Shown piece by piece: positions 39,001 through 51,900 of a stretch of DNA of 64,000 nt; position 1 is the stretch's first letter; each line of letters opens with the position of its first letter. Source of the stretch: Eledone cirrhosa (lineage: Eukaryota); assembly GCA_964016885.1 (NCBI GenBank), contig OZ024742.1, positions 290,780,001 through 290,844,000 of the forward strand, in the 5' to 3' direction. Position numbers and translations under genes: made by a program. Under the pieces are notes generated by a model that saw nothing but the letters and a program-made list of their open reading frames with translations, ran no database searches and was not told the DNA's origin.

Positions 39001-40540
39001 TTGATTAAATATTATACACACAAACCACATCTCTTGTTATATTTATACAACCCAGTATTTTGTTATAACACTAAATCCCTCCCCCATGAAGAATGCACCT
39101 CTCAACATAGACTCATAATTAGCGACCTCATAGTCAGGACAAGATGTACTCAACAACAGAAAAGGACTATCCTCAGGAGAAAAATATGGAAGCTAGTAAT
39201 AAATTAAAAAGCATATTACTTGATGCTTTTGATAGTAAGGAAGAGCAATTAGAGTTGTACAATATAGAGGAACAGTGGGAATTCCTGAAAGCTAACCTGC
39301 TGAAGGTGACAGATGAAGTCTGTGGCTGGAGCAGACCGATAGGCAGGAGGAGAGTAACGTGGTGGTGGAACAGTAAGGTGGAGGAGTCAATTAAGGCCAA
39401 AATGCAGGCTTGGAAAGTATGGCGGGATGGGGGAAGTAGAGAAGACTATCAAGTGGCCAGGAGGGAAGCTAGGAGACAAGTGTACGTCACAAGAAGGGAA
39501 GCAGAGGTAAGAAAGTTCAAGCATGTTCTACAACGTGAGGACCAAAAATGTGAGGTGTTCAGGATTGCTAGGCAATGTGTCAAGTAAAACCGTGATATTG
39601 TCGGGGAGAAGTGTGTCCTTAATGATGATGGTGTACTTGCGATCACTGACGCTGATAAGAAGGTAGCTTGGAAGTGTCACTAAGAAAGGCTACTAAATGA
39701 GGAGAATAATTGGGAGAAAGACAGTCTCCCCCACATCGATCCAATAGAGGGACCAGCAGTGCAAGTTGAAGGTAGTATAATAAGTAAGGCGATCAAAGAT
39801 ATGAAGACAGGCAAGGCGGCTGGGCCTTCGGAAATAGTTGCTGAAATGCTGAAAGCATCTGGAACGGTGGGACACACTATGGTCACCCGGATAGTAAACC
39901 AAGTCATACTTAATGGGGTCGTTCCGAAGGACTGGCGTAGCAGCATCATCATTAACTGCTACAAGGGTAAAGGAGATTCCTGAGATAGGGGAAACTATAG
40001 AGGCATTAAATTAATTGACCAGGTCATGAAGGTCACAGAAAAAGTAAAAGCACAACTAATCCAGAGAGCGAATTGATCTAGATGAAATGTAGTTCGGGTT
40101 TGTGTCAGGTAAAAGTACCACAGACACTCTTTTCATTGTACGACAACTACAGGATAAGTACCTAGCTAAAAGTAAACCTATATACTTAGCTTTGTTGACA
40201 TGGAGAAAGCATTTGACAGAGTCCCCTGCTCCATTATCTGGTGGGCGGTTAGAAAACTAGGTGTTGATGAATGGCTTGTGAGAGCTATACAAGCCATGTA
40301 TAAAGAAACAGTCAGCAAGGTTAGAATTAACAACGAATATAGTGAAGAGTTTAGCGTAAAAGTTGGTGTTCATCAGCGCTCCGTCCTTAGGCCCCTACTA
40401 TTTATTATTGCTCTTCAGGCTATAACAGTGGAGTTCAAGACCGGCTGCCCATGGGAACTCCTATACGCAGATGATCTAACGCTCATAGCTGAATCAACGG
40501 CTGGACTAGAGAACAAATTCCAAACATGGAAGCATGGCCT
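36080..40540 (+). mobile_element. RTE LINE (UTR, endonuclease, RT), degenerate and 3'-truncated, with nested LTR element
   Basis: CIQETRW, ISAYAPQ, SQIDYIL, GKAAGP, NYRGIKL, DMEKAFDRVP, LLYADDL; multiple stops. Confidence 0.92.
37055..39067 (+). mobile_element. Non-coding LTR element family 1 (LTRs about 37055-37403 and 38719-39067)
   Basis: Direct repeats of about 350 bp; PBS TGGTGACTCCG at 37406; PPT ggcgggagg before the 3' LTR; approximate TSD AACA; LINE frame resumes after it. Confidence 0.9.
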
Positions 40541-40639
40541 AACTATACTGTTCTATATATATCCATGATTGTTAATTAAATATTATACACACAAACTATG
40601 TCTCCTTGTTACATTCATACACGCTAGTATTCCGCTATA
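40541..40639 (+). repeat. 3' fragment of a family-1 LTR fused to the truncated RTE
   Basis: Matches 46015-46113 and ends ccgctata. Confidence 0.8.
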
Positions 40640-40691
40640 TATGCATATTTAAATAAATATTCCAAAAGTAGCTATAAATATTTTTTTCTTC

Positions 40692-40763
40692 AATTTTAAT
40701 AGCAAATCACTGTTGTGGGAAGTGTCTGGACACTGCCCACAACAGTGATTTGCTATTAAAATT
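40692..40763. repeat. 72-bp near-perfect palindrome
   Basis: 28-bp perfect arms, one mismatch, a further 6-bp stem and a 2-nt centre. Confidence 0.95.
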
Positions 40764-40879
40764 CTTGTCTTGCTCATATGGGAACTGATTCTGGCTTGAT
40801 TTCTACAGCTGGTGGTTTGGTGGTAGTAGCAACTAAGATAGAGGTTGGTTTGTTCTCTGTGTGTGTGTGTATATATAAG

Positions 40880-41190
40880 AGTGTCGGGTTTACAATCGTG
40901 ACGTTGTGATTATCAGACCGAGCTTTGCGTTGTGTTCTTGAGCAAGGCACTTTATTTTATGTTGCTCCAGTTCACTCAGCAGTAGAAATGAGTTGCGACA
41001 TCACTGGTGCCAAGCTGTATCGGCTATTACCTTTCACTTGGACAACATCGGTGATGTGGAGAGAGGAGACTGGTATGCATGGGCAACTGGTGGTCTTCCA
41101 CATACAACCTTGCCTGGGCTTGTGCCTCGGAGGGGAACTTTCTAGGTGCAAATCCCATGGTCATTTGTGACGAAAGGGGGTCTTTTTTTT
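40880..41190 (+). mobile_element. SINE related to family B in its core, with a different tail
   Basis: gttgtgttcttgagcaaggcacttta...gctccagttcactcagc..tagaaatgag shared with family B. Confidence 0.7.
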
Positions 41191-41201
41191 TTATATATTT
41201 A

Positions 41202-41248
<47 letters not shown>

Positions 41249-41259
41249 TTTCATTTTAG

Positions 41260-41858
41260 CGACTGCATATGGTAAAGGTGTATACTTTGCCAGAGATATA
41301 ACATATTCTGCAAGCAACACCTATTCCACTCCTGACTTAAACAAAGAAAAAAGAATATACAAATATGATGGAGGCACATGGCTTAGTGGTTAGAGCATTG
41401 GCCTTGCAATCAAAAGGTTGTGAGTTCAATTCTCAGACCGGGTGATGTGTTGTTTCCTTGAGCAAGACACTTTATTTCACATTGCTCCAGTTTACTCAGC
41501 TGTAGAAATGAGATGATAGGGCCATATCATTCCACTGCAAAGTGGTCGTGGAGGTGCCACAGCAAAAAAGCACCCAGCACTCACTGTAAATGAGGTTGGT
41601 GTTAGGAAGGGCATCCAGCTGTAGAAATCAAGCCAGAATCAGTTCCCGTCCCGTCCCACCCTTGCAAGCAGGGAAAAAGCGGACGTAAAATGAAATGATG
41701 ATGATGATGATGTCGGCAAAAGTATTGAAGGAAATAGTCAATTAACTGTGTTAGAGGACTCCACTAATAGTGCTGTGGATAATTTACATTCTCCGACAAT
41801 ATATGTTATATTCCATGACTGCCAAGCTTATCCTCGTTACTTAATAACATACACTTGA
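41260..41858 (+). CDS. PARP-like terminal exon I: ART C-half, split by a SINE
   Basis: ttttag|ATAYGKGVYFARDITYS...KRIYK (to 41363), insertion, then VGKSIEG...SAVDNLHSPTIYVIFHDCQAYPRYLITYT* (41712-41858); Ile at the catalytic Glu position. Confidence 0.9.
41365..41711 (+). mobile_element. SINE family B inside the terminal PARP exon
   Basis: Highly similar to 14030-14372; (ATG)n tail; no TSD. Confidence 0.92.
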
Positions 41859-41886
41859 AGAAATCATCACATTTTGCTCTTGTAAT

Positions 41887-41905
41887 AATAAAACTATTCA
41901 ATAAA
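41887..41905 (+). terminator. Candidate polyadenylation signals
   Basis: Two AATAAA hexamers about 30-45 nt after the stop codon; the context is AT-rich. Confidence 0.45.
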
Positions 41906-41984
41906 CTATTATGTTTGTATCAATCACATCGAATTTCCTCTCTTTTCTATTGTTTAACCCCTTTACTGCTACAAAGCTGAACAG

Positions 41985-42220
41985 ACAAAAACACTACATG
42001 GTTGATATATCAGCCTTGATAACATGGTCAAAAACACTACATGGTTCATATAATATAACCAAAAACACTACATGGTTGATATATAAGACTTGATAATACA
42101 GCCCCAAACACTTCATGGTTGATATAATATAGACAACAATACTACATGTTTGATATATGAGCCATGATAAGCTAGCCAAAAATACATGTTTCATGTATCA
42201 GTCATGATGACCTAGCCAAC
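41985..42220. repeat. Degenerate tandem repeat of about 35-40 bp
   Basis: Recurrent aaaacactacatggttgatat. Confidence 0.7.
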
Positions 42221-42236
42221 TTCACTATACTTACTA

Positions 42237-43226
42237 TCTATATATCTAAAACAGAGAATGTCTATCTGTCTGTCTGTCTGACTCCCTAAAACTCGAGAAC
42301 CACCCAACCGATTTTTTTCAAACTTTACACATGTAATACTTATTGTCGTGTGAGTGTTTTGAGCAAAAAATATTTCAAATTTATTTTCAATGCCCTAGAG
42401 ACCGTTAGCGATCTCTCTATCTTTCTTAGTCTCGCTTTTTAGATAGATACATAGCTATAACGTCGCGCCCTTATAATATCTGTCTGTATGTCTGCTTGTC
42501 TGCATTACAACATTATGACAAATATTGTTCTCATTGCTGACGTATTATCTTCGCTATTTTCCATTCATTGCCAGGGAACGTCTTCACGAACCAAAGTATC
42601 GTCTTCCTGTTTTTGTTCGGTTCCAACGTTTTTCGAAATATTTACTTCTGTGTTCACAGATTAATTTTTATAGTTTCAGAAGATCCCGTTAAGGGTGAAA
42701 GCAGCGAATCTTTGCCTAAACTTTAATTTGTTATTTTAATATATATATGTATATATATATAATTATATATTCGTGTACAGATATTTTTGCATACACAAAA
42801 GCAAAATATAAACAAATGTATTTATTTCACGAAAGCATGGCTTATCGTCATTGTTACTCCCGATATGCCACCCAAAACGTCCCACTACTTTTGGCACAAG
42901 GCCAGCAATTACATAGTCAACGGTTCGGAAATCACATGTATCACTGACGAGTTTACTCCTTACTCTACCAGTTAGTCTTAGTGTACTTCGTCCTGCTTTT
43001 AGGTCATGCTTCGAAGGAAGAGATACTCCATTGGCCGAAATACTGCGAAAGCGGAAAGAAAAAGAACAAGGCGGGCAAACGAATTGTCAGTGGACTCTGC
43101 TATTCGATGGTCGCAAGGCCGAGGTATTCCGTACTTCTCTGTACTGTTTCATACTGTTTCAGAAAGGAGGGATAAATATGCCAATCTATGTTTAGAATCC
43201 CGAGCAATGCCGGGCCACTCTGCTAG
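42237..43226 (+). mobile_element. Non-autonomous Helitron-like element, both ends intact
   Basis: A|TC start, hairpin cccgagcaatgccggg, CTAG|T end; first ~270 bp homologous to 29006-29295. Confidence 0.85.
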
Positions 43227-43959
43227 TATGAACCTAAAATTGTAAAACTCTTCTTGATAATCTAGCAAGCTCCAAACAAACAAATAATGTAAACCACATC
43301 TCTCAGTTACCAAACATTGTTCTTTAATATCTTCCTGTTGTGTTTTTAGTTTATTTCACATTTTTTTAGTGATATTTCCAAGAAGTATGAAAGGATGAGT
43401 GACACAGATGATAACAGTAGTAGTGATCATAATATTGATGATCCTGGTTAATTAATTTTGGTATAATTATCTGCAAGAATTAGGGCAGTTTTGATAGTCT
43501 GGGTTGGGAGGACCTTTCAGTGTTGGTGATCTACAATGTAGATCACTAAACACTAGGGAGGCTGTCATGTCCTTGACATGACTGAAGGGTCCTCCCAACC
43601 CTTTGTTTGGCAATCCCTCCACTGCTGGAAGCCCTTCCCATCGATAACCACTTCACAAGGTGACAACAACTAGGAGCGTGTGATGGGAAGGGACATAGGG
43701 TGTATGTAGTAAGTTTTGTTGTGGTGTCTGAGATAGCTGTTGGTCACCTGTGGTGGAAGAGGTGTGTGTGTGTGTGTTGGGGGGGGGGGTCAGGCCAAAA
43801 TGTAATATATATATTTTTAAAAATACAACTACGATTATTCATCTAGATGAAATATTATGTAAGGAATAAACAATGTTGATAAGTGTGTTTTGACTCTCCA
43901 TCTAAATTTTCTGTTTATATATATATATATATATATACAGACACACACATACAGAGACC

Positions 43960-44160
43960 GGACATGCCATCAATCAGATCTACTTGCTGTTATACAATGG
44001 GCGGAGAAAAACAATATGCTACTGAACAAGGATAAATTTGAATTAATCTACTTTGGAAAAACGGATGCACTGAAACTAGCTTATTCTCTTCCCTTGGGTG
44101 AAACACTCGTGGCATGCAACATCAGAGACCTAGGTTATACGTAATTGTTGATAACAACCT
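43960..44160 (+). mobile_element. CR1/Jockey-group LINE RT C-terminal fragment
   Basis: QSDLLAVIQWAEKNNMLLNKDKF...IRDLG. Confidence 0.7.
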
Positions 44161-45777
44161 AGCAGTTTACTTTTATAATATATTAAATTACTTAGAGAAG
44201 AGAATTAAACACAACAAACCAGTCGTCCAGTTCAATTAAAATATTCCCTTTGTCTTTAAGTGTGTCTGCTTTAGCCTCCAGAACTTTCGAGTAATTAGTG
44301 AAACAATATTGTAGACGACACAAATCAACATTTAACGAAGCCATTTTTACCCGCCAAATCAAAGGGAAACAACTCAGAATATACCAATTCGTTTTATTTA
44401 TTTAAACCCCCCTACAGAGCTATTAAGTCATGACAGACTAGGAGAGGTATCTAGTACCTCTTACAGTTAAGAAAATCCGACCATCTTCCCGTTCCACGGT
44501 GGTAAACCCCTTATAGGGGATGCCACATGCAGCGACACATCCGCTCACTATATCCCACTTCATACCTCACACTCTCTCACTAGACCACCAAATTCTCTCC
44601 TCTCTATATTCAACTACATACCTCACTCTCTTTCACTCTTTTAACTCCCCATCTCTCACCAGGCCAATAAACTATCACCCCTCTCTATAACCCACAACAT
44701 ACCTCACTCTCTCTCAATTCCCCCTCTCTCATCAGACCACAAATTCTCTTTCCCTCTATATCCTACTACAATAATTTTTTACTTTAAAACAACAAATGTT
44801 TTCATCTTCTGTAAAGAACAAGGTTCTCCATTCCCTCTCCCACCTTTTGAACCCCGGGGTGTGTAGGAAATCTTATTTTTTAGTGGTGTGCTTTTGTTGA
44901 ATTATTTGACAGGAGTTTAAAATATGTGGTGGTAGTAGTAGGTGGTGGTGGTGTAGAGGGTGATGGTGGTGGTAGCATGGTGTTGTTGGTGGTGTTTGTT
45001 TATTTTTAATATATCTATCTATATATACTGTTAAAACTGTGATTGCGTGCTTGTCTGTAATTTAAAATAACCAAAACGGTGCATAATTGGAAAATACTTT
45101 GAAAGGAAGTAGACTCTGAAATGTGAATAAAAATGGAATAATATAAATTTCACATAAATTGGAGCACGGTTTCCCAAGATACAGGGTTTTTCCAGGTACC
45201 TTCATAAATAAAGAGAGTAAAAGATAGAGAGAAAGAGATAGTGGTTGTGAGAGTGTAGATTCAAAGAGAGAGGTGGTGGTGTTGTTGAATGAAATTATAA
45301 CAGGTGACTTCAAATAATCGAATACAGCATTACTGTATCCAGCTAAAGTTTGGTGACTGAATATTAAATCATATGTATAATATAACTTGTGTTAGGACAG
45401 GTGGTGTGTAGCGAATATTTCCTGGTAAGTAGGAAGGGTTTTTAAGTTTGTGTGTATATGTGTGCATGTGTGTGTGTATGTCTATATATATATTTATATG
45501 TGTGTGTATATATATTTATCTATATATAATATAAAAGGGAGATGTTATTGGTTGGTTGGTTGAACCACACGTAAACTATACACACACACACATCTAAAGA
45601 GAGAGACACAGAGGGAGAGGCGGAGAGAGAGAGAGAGAGATAGGCCGTTATACAGAGAGAGAAAGACGTCCCACAAAAGTCTAGAATCAGCTTAAACTAA
45701 ATCAAAGTATCAGTTGAAGGTTTAACTTTATTGCGTTAACTTTTATAAACTCATTTTACACCAGTCTTTGAGATATT

Positions 45778-46113
45778 TGTAGCAGTTGCCTCCCTTGTTG
45801 TGACACTCACTACACCATCTAGACAGGAAGTAGAACCCTTTCTGTAACTTCCAGTCAGAACCCTATAAAACTAACAACTTTAAGTTCTCACTCTCTCATT
45901 TGCCCTTCCGGCGCCTGGCCTTAGCCAGGCGTCTTCTGCCAGCCGCGTTTGCCTGGCAATCAAAACGGTAACTACTAACTTTGCTTCATTCTATCATCTA
46001 TTTCTTTGACATGCAACTATACTGTTCTATATATATCCATGATTGTTAATTAAATATTATACACACAAACCATGTCTCCTTGTTACATTCATACACACGA
46101 GTTCTCCGCTATA
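45778..46113 (+). mobile_element. Solo LTR, family 1
   Basis: TGTAGC...GCTATA; 4-bp TSD TATT; homologous to 38719-39067. Confidence 0.9.
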
Positions 46114-46117
46114 TATT

Positions 46118-46980
46118 AAAAGCCTTAAATAGAGAATGTGTTCTCTGGCTGACTCATGTGTGCCGGGTGGCCTGGATATCTGGAATGGCACCTAAGCAAT
46201 GGCAATCGGGAGGGATAATCCCAATTTTCAAAAAGGGAGACGAGATATTGCTCCATTTATAGAGTGATCTCCTTGTTAGCCTCCCCAATAAAGTCTATGC
46301 TAAGTGTTTGGCAAAGAGATGTGGGGTGGTTGTTGAGTCCAAACTAATTGATGAACTGTGGTTTTCGCCCTGGATGCAACACACAGCCAACCAAATATTC
46401 ACATTGCGGCGGGTTTTTGAAAAGTCAGGTGTATTCTTGCTTTGTAGACCTCGAAAAGGCAAATGACCACGTTCGACTGTGGAAAGTTCTCCAGTAATAT
46501 GGGATCGATGGTCAGCTTCTTGTTGCTCCGATATCTCTATACAAATGCCCAAGTATTTGTGTTTGGATAAATAGTGTTAAATCAAAACTATTCAATGTGG
46601 GAGTTGGACTCTGCCAAAGGTACATATCACCTCTCCTGTTCATTATTTTTATAAACAGAATTGACAGCTGAGTTAGAAGTAATATTATGACTGGTAGGTA
46701 TAGAATTAGTGGGCTGGAATTTGCTGATGATATCGTATTACCTAACTTGTCAGAAGGTAATATCCAACATGCACTTGATAGGTTTGATGCCGAGTGCTAC
46801 ATAGCTGAAATGAAAGTCAGTGCTGCAAAGACTGAGACACTTGCCCTTTCAAGGAAGCCAATGCAGTGTACTCTACGTGTGAATGGGGTTCCACTGAAGC
46901 AGTGGAAAAGTTCAAGTATAACGGGGCCGTGTTTAAGAGTGATAAAAGGTAGAAAGCTGTGTCAAGTTAAAAAATTGTAG
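46118..46980 (+). mobile_element. Expander-like RTE RT fragment
   Basis: WLTHVCRVAW...WQSGGIIPIFKKGD, FVDLEKA, LEFADDIV. Confidence 0.8.
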
Positions 46981-47711
46981 ATGGTGCAGTAATGTGCCAG
47001 CTTCAGTATTCTCCCTGTAGGGGACTTCTGGTGTCCTTGGCCTCGGCCAACTCCCCACACTACAAACGTATAAACCGTAAACATTAAATCTATAGACCTA
47101 TTAATACCAATCATTTGACATATAGACCTATAAACCCTGAACATCAAACATATAGATATCCCCCCTCCCCCGTGTCCCAGACCAGACATTAGATATGGCA
47201 TTTATCAATCTGGTCATTCCGTATTTCATAAAACCGTGTCAGTGCATATATAAATCAATACTACATTTTGTCTTTTTTGGTCATTAAAAACACAACACAT
47301 ACACGCATACATACATACATACATGATGGCTGCCCCCTCGTTATCGGATATGCCATTGCACGATTAAAAAAATACACATATACATATGCATACATACACA
47401 CACATACATCATACATATGCATTAATAATTAACCGTGCTGCGATCGAATATGGCTTTTTAGCCCAGCCAATGATGTAAAATGTCTTGCACAGAATTGGCA
47501 ACCAAAATAAAAACATTAACTGGCAATAGCCGGCTGTGGCTGGTCGTCATGTACTTTTGGATGTCGTTTGAACCCTCCTGCTGATCTACACTCTCTACCA
47601 CATGCTTGACAGGTATGATGAGTAGCATCTCCGACAGCAGCCTGGTAGTCAACCATGTACATGTTATGTTTATCTCATATCAAAGTTTTTTATATCTTGG
47701 TTGATATTTGA

Positions 47712-48930
47712 TAACAGCTAAACTAATCGCTACAACTAAATCAACACCAACATTTGGAATACTCAATTGGATGATAGACGAAATCTGAGCAATTGATGTT
47801 AAAACTCGAAAAATCCTAAACAACACCGGAAACTTCTACATCAACAGTGACATAGACCGTCTCTACTTGAAACATAAGCAGGGAAGCAGAGGGCTAACAT
47901 CAGTCCAGACAGCATTTGAATGTTGCATCATATCCCTCCGACAACATTTACGAACTTCCAAATGTAGGTGCCCATCTACTGAGCAAGTCTGTCTGCATGA
48001 GACAGATAAGATCACGAGAGTTGGGAAGAAACCCCTTGAAAGAAACTCCTCGCATGATAATCAAAAGCTCACACCCAGGGAAAATGCCCAGCAATACCGC
48101 AGCGAATCCATGGATGAAAAACTACATGCTTATCAACAGACTCTGCAGAATTAACATCGAAGATGTCACCCATGTCATAAGCAGCTGTCTAAAGATGTCA
48201 TCACGGTACTACTTACCTATTTAGCACGATGTAGTGGCCAAAACACTGTACAATGCAATCCATAGAAAAGTTAGCCCCAACAATAAACACATTAAAAGTT
48301 ACAACAATGTGGAAGACATATACATACATAATATGAAAGAGTAATGGTGGAATGTTCCAGTCAAAACCCCATTAAAATGCAAACATAACAGACCAGATAT
48401 AATGATATAGGACAGGGAAAAGAAGACATGCACAGTAGTGGAAGTTAGCTGCCCAGCAGATGCCAATATAATATTAAAAATCAGCAGGACTAATGAGGAA
48501 TCTGCAAATACTCCACCCTGACTATACATTCAGATTTATACCTGTGATTATTGGGGCACTTGGATATGTTAGTATCTGCCTCAGTACAAATCTTGAGAAG
48601 CTGGGTTTCACGGAAACAGAAAGAACACGACTAGTTAGGAAATTACAAGTACAATCCAGTAACATATAAAAAACATTACATAGATTCTGCATCTAATAAC
48701 TGCATATATACATGTACAGATACAAAGCATATGCACATGCACACATATAACGCAAAACATCCACATCCACACATACATTAACATCCATACCTGCACACAC
48801 ATGCATACATATCTACTTAGTTGATGTTGTTTAAATTCCAATGAGAGAGTCTTGTATCTATGTTAGAAACCGACTCTTTCTTTATTGGTAAACATTTTCA
48901 AAATTATAAAACCAGAAGATCATACATACA
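47712..48930 (+). mobile_element. R4/Dong-clade (RLE) LINE 3' part, copy 1
   Basis: SDIDRLYLKHKQGSRGL, CRLC-like/HVISSC, HDVVAK, HNRPDIMI, VVEVSCP, PVIIGALG; ends in (CATA)n. Confidence 0.8.
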
Positions 48931-51900
48931 TAACTGCCAGATATCTGAAGGTCACGTGGTCCAAAGGTGTGGAAGAAAAGCTTAATATTTTGTTATATGT
49001 TTCAGCTATCACATTGCTATTCTATCATAAACATCTAAAACCACGCAACCAAGATACAAACAGAAAGCCTGAACCAGCATGGATGCGTAATTTCAAAAAC
49101 AAAATTTTGTCCCTGAGACAAAGTATTTCACAGATGACTGTAATTATAAAATGTAACAGAGTACAACTTCACACGACATCAGGAAGATGTAAGAAAAAAA
49201 CTAGAGAGGCGATTTGGAGATACAAAATTTAAAACTCTATACTCCAAACTACACCAGTTGAAACAACAACTCACAACTGCAGCAGAAAGATTAAAATATG
49301 TCAACAGCACACAAACGGCAAGTGCTAAATAGATTATTTGCCAGAGATCCTAAATCAGTTTATTGCAGCTTCAATGGGAAAAGCTCAATCTCTGTAAATG
49401 ACACCCCTACAAAAGAACAGGTTGTGAGCTACTGGGGATCTGTATGGGAAACGAATGACGGATTTAACAAACAAACTAAATGGCTAAAAGAACTGGAACA
49501 GGAATACTGCCAGCATGTCCAGACAAAACAATATGACATAGTTGGGTCAATACTGGACAGAGCTCTACAGAAAATGTTGAAGAGGAAATTACCAGGCCCA
49601 GACCTCATAACAGGATACTGGCTGAAAGATCTCACCATCTATCAGCAAGATCTCATATGGCTGTTTAGAGAAAGCATGAAAGGCACACAAGAACTAGTCC
49701 AATGGTTATCAACTGCCACTATTCTCCCCATACCCCCATCCTGCTCTTCGTCCTCTCACTAAACCCACTATCATACCTGCTTACAAAAGAAAGTGGTCAT
49801 AGAAGTGCGTCCAGAAGTATCTCCCATCTTTTCTTTGTTGATGACCTGAAGTTGTGTAGTGACCTACATTCCGCGGGCTCACATACATTCTCCGTGCGTT
49901 ATTTGGCTCAGCCCAGCCAATGACCGCCAGCGGAGGAGAATGTATCTCTACGCGCCCTGAGGGAAAAATTCCCGCGTCGATTCGAGAAATCTCTCTCTTG
50001 CATCCTGACTGTGAAATGGTAAACAACTAACTTTCTTTCGTCGTGGAAATCACTAGCCAATATGTAACACAACAACTTAACCACGGCCTGGCAACACTTC
50101 AGCCAATGGACCGTGCCTTCTGAAATTCTTAATTCGTTTGTTTTATTTCTCTTGGCATGCCTGCTCTACTCAGCTCTACACAGCTCTACACAGCTCAACC
50201 TTGTTAATAAATAATGTAAAACAAGCCAAAGTCGTTGTCGATATGTTCTTACCACATCTTTCTACCGAACTGGTCACTCGTAGCGCCACTAACTATAACA
50301 TATATCCTAATTGCTAAATTGGTGACCTGACGTGAGGAATATTTTAAATACAAAATATTCCTTTTAAAATTAAAAAAATTAGCAGTATTTTAAAAAATTT
50401 TCGCCACGAGGAAATTTCAAAATGGCTACCACCAAGTACTTCTCTACTACCAGCCATCAGCAACAACTGACGCAGCATAGTGACACCTTTGTGGTTATAC
50501 CGCCGCAACTACCACCACAACGAATAGCAGTCACCTAAAGCTTTCGGTAACACATTTCCCACTACGGTGACTACCACAGCTTCGATACGGCTGCAATGAC
50601 AACTTTGGCACCATCATCAGCAGCGACAACATTGGTTAACCACTAACCATAGACAACGCATGGTGAATTCGACTTTGATTCTACAGAGGATTACTGTGAT
50701 TTGGTTTCGATAACAACAACAATAACAACAACTCTACTAGCTTCCTAGTAAGAGCGATCCCAAAGAAATTTTAAGGAAAAGAAAAAGTGAACTTTTTGTT
50801 TAAAAACAATTTTCTTTCTTTCCTTTTTACAGGCAATGTTTGGACATTTATCTTTTTTTTTAACTGTATTATATGAAAATTCATTTTTTTTCTCTCTATC
50901 ATAGTATATATGACTGCACGCACACATTGTCCTTGCTGTATTACATGCCTGCATATGCACACACCAACATGTTGTTGTCCTTAGTATATGATATTCAAAC
51001 GTCGTAATATTCTGCGAGATCCATTCTCACCTTGTGGAGGTACCAAAACATGCTATCGACACTTTGCAGCTTAATTCACCTGCACCGCAACACGAGAATG
51101 CTAATTGCAGCTAGACTCAAACAGTTTCGCATCTCGTTGCACACTCATCGTCCATAATAACCTCCATCTTGTTACTTTACCTGACTCACTGGGAAAACAA
51201 CAAATGGAACTGGACCTGTCAGCATTTCCACCATTTCTATGGATTCACCAGAATTATGGAATTTACATTTCAACTACAACCCACCTACAGATTGCTTTTT
51301 CTTTTCAAAGCAACCAGCCATTTTTTCCTGGCTGCCTAGCACTTTCGGCAATACATCTGGGAGGCCAACATTTTTTCGCCTACCCATCATCTTCTTGCCA
51401 GCACTGGTAAATTACCATAACAGCTTCACCCACAGCTACTGGTACAGCACTTACCATTAACATTTAATGCAAGAACAGCAACTTCGCCCATGTCAGACTT
51501 TATCCGTTTTCTGTTAGACCCTTGGTGGTCACGTATAAACTACAAAATAGCTAGTCATTTGACACAGCGGCTCAACACGGCCCTTAGCGCCTCATTTTTC
51601 TTCTTGCATGCATTCTTTTGTTCAATTATTTTTTCACTGATGTACTCTTTCAGCATTTTTTCCTGCTGATTCAATAATCTGTATCGTCTTACGACTAGGA
51701 AGGGGTATTGTAGTGACCTACATTCCGCAGGCTCACATACATTCTCCGTGCGTTATTTGGCTCAGCCCAGCCAATGACCGCCAGCGGAGGAGAATGTATC
51801 TCTACGCGCACTGAGGGAAAAATTCCTGCGTCGATTCGAGAAATCTCTCTCTTGTATCCTGACTGTGAAAAGGTAAACAACTAACTTTCTTTCGTCGTGA

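Larger units (their letters stand above)
1189..41858 (+). pseudogene. PARP14/PARP15-like macro-domain mono-ADP-ribosyltransferase, 3' part (9 exons in window), catalytic exons disrupted
   Basis: Nine AG/GT-bounded exons join with compatible phases (entry 1, then 0,1,0,0,0,1,0,1) and encode linker, WWE, macro and ART domains. There is an in-frame TGA at 32687, an 11-G frameshift at 35248-35258 and a SINE in the last exon. The 5' end lies upstream of the window. Confidence 0.88.
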
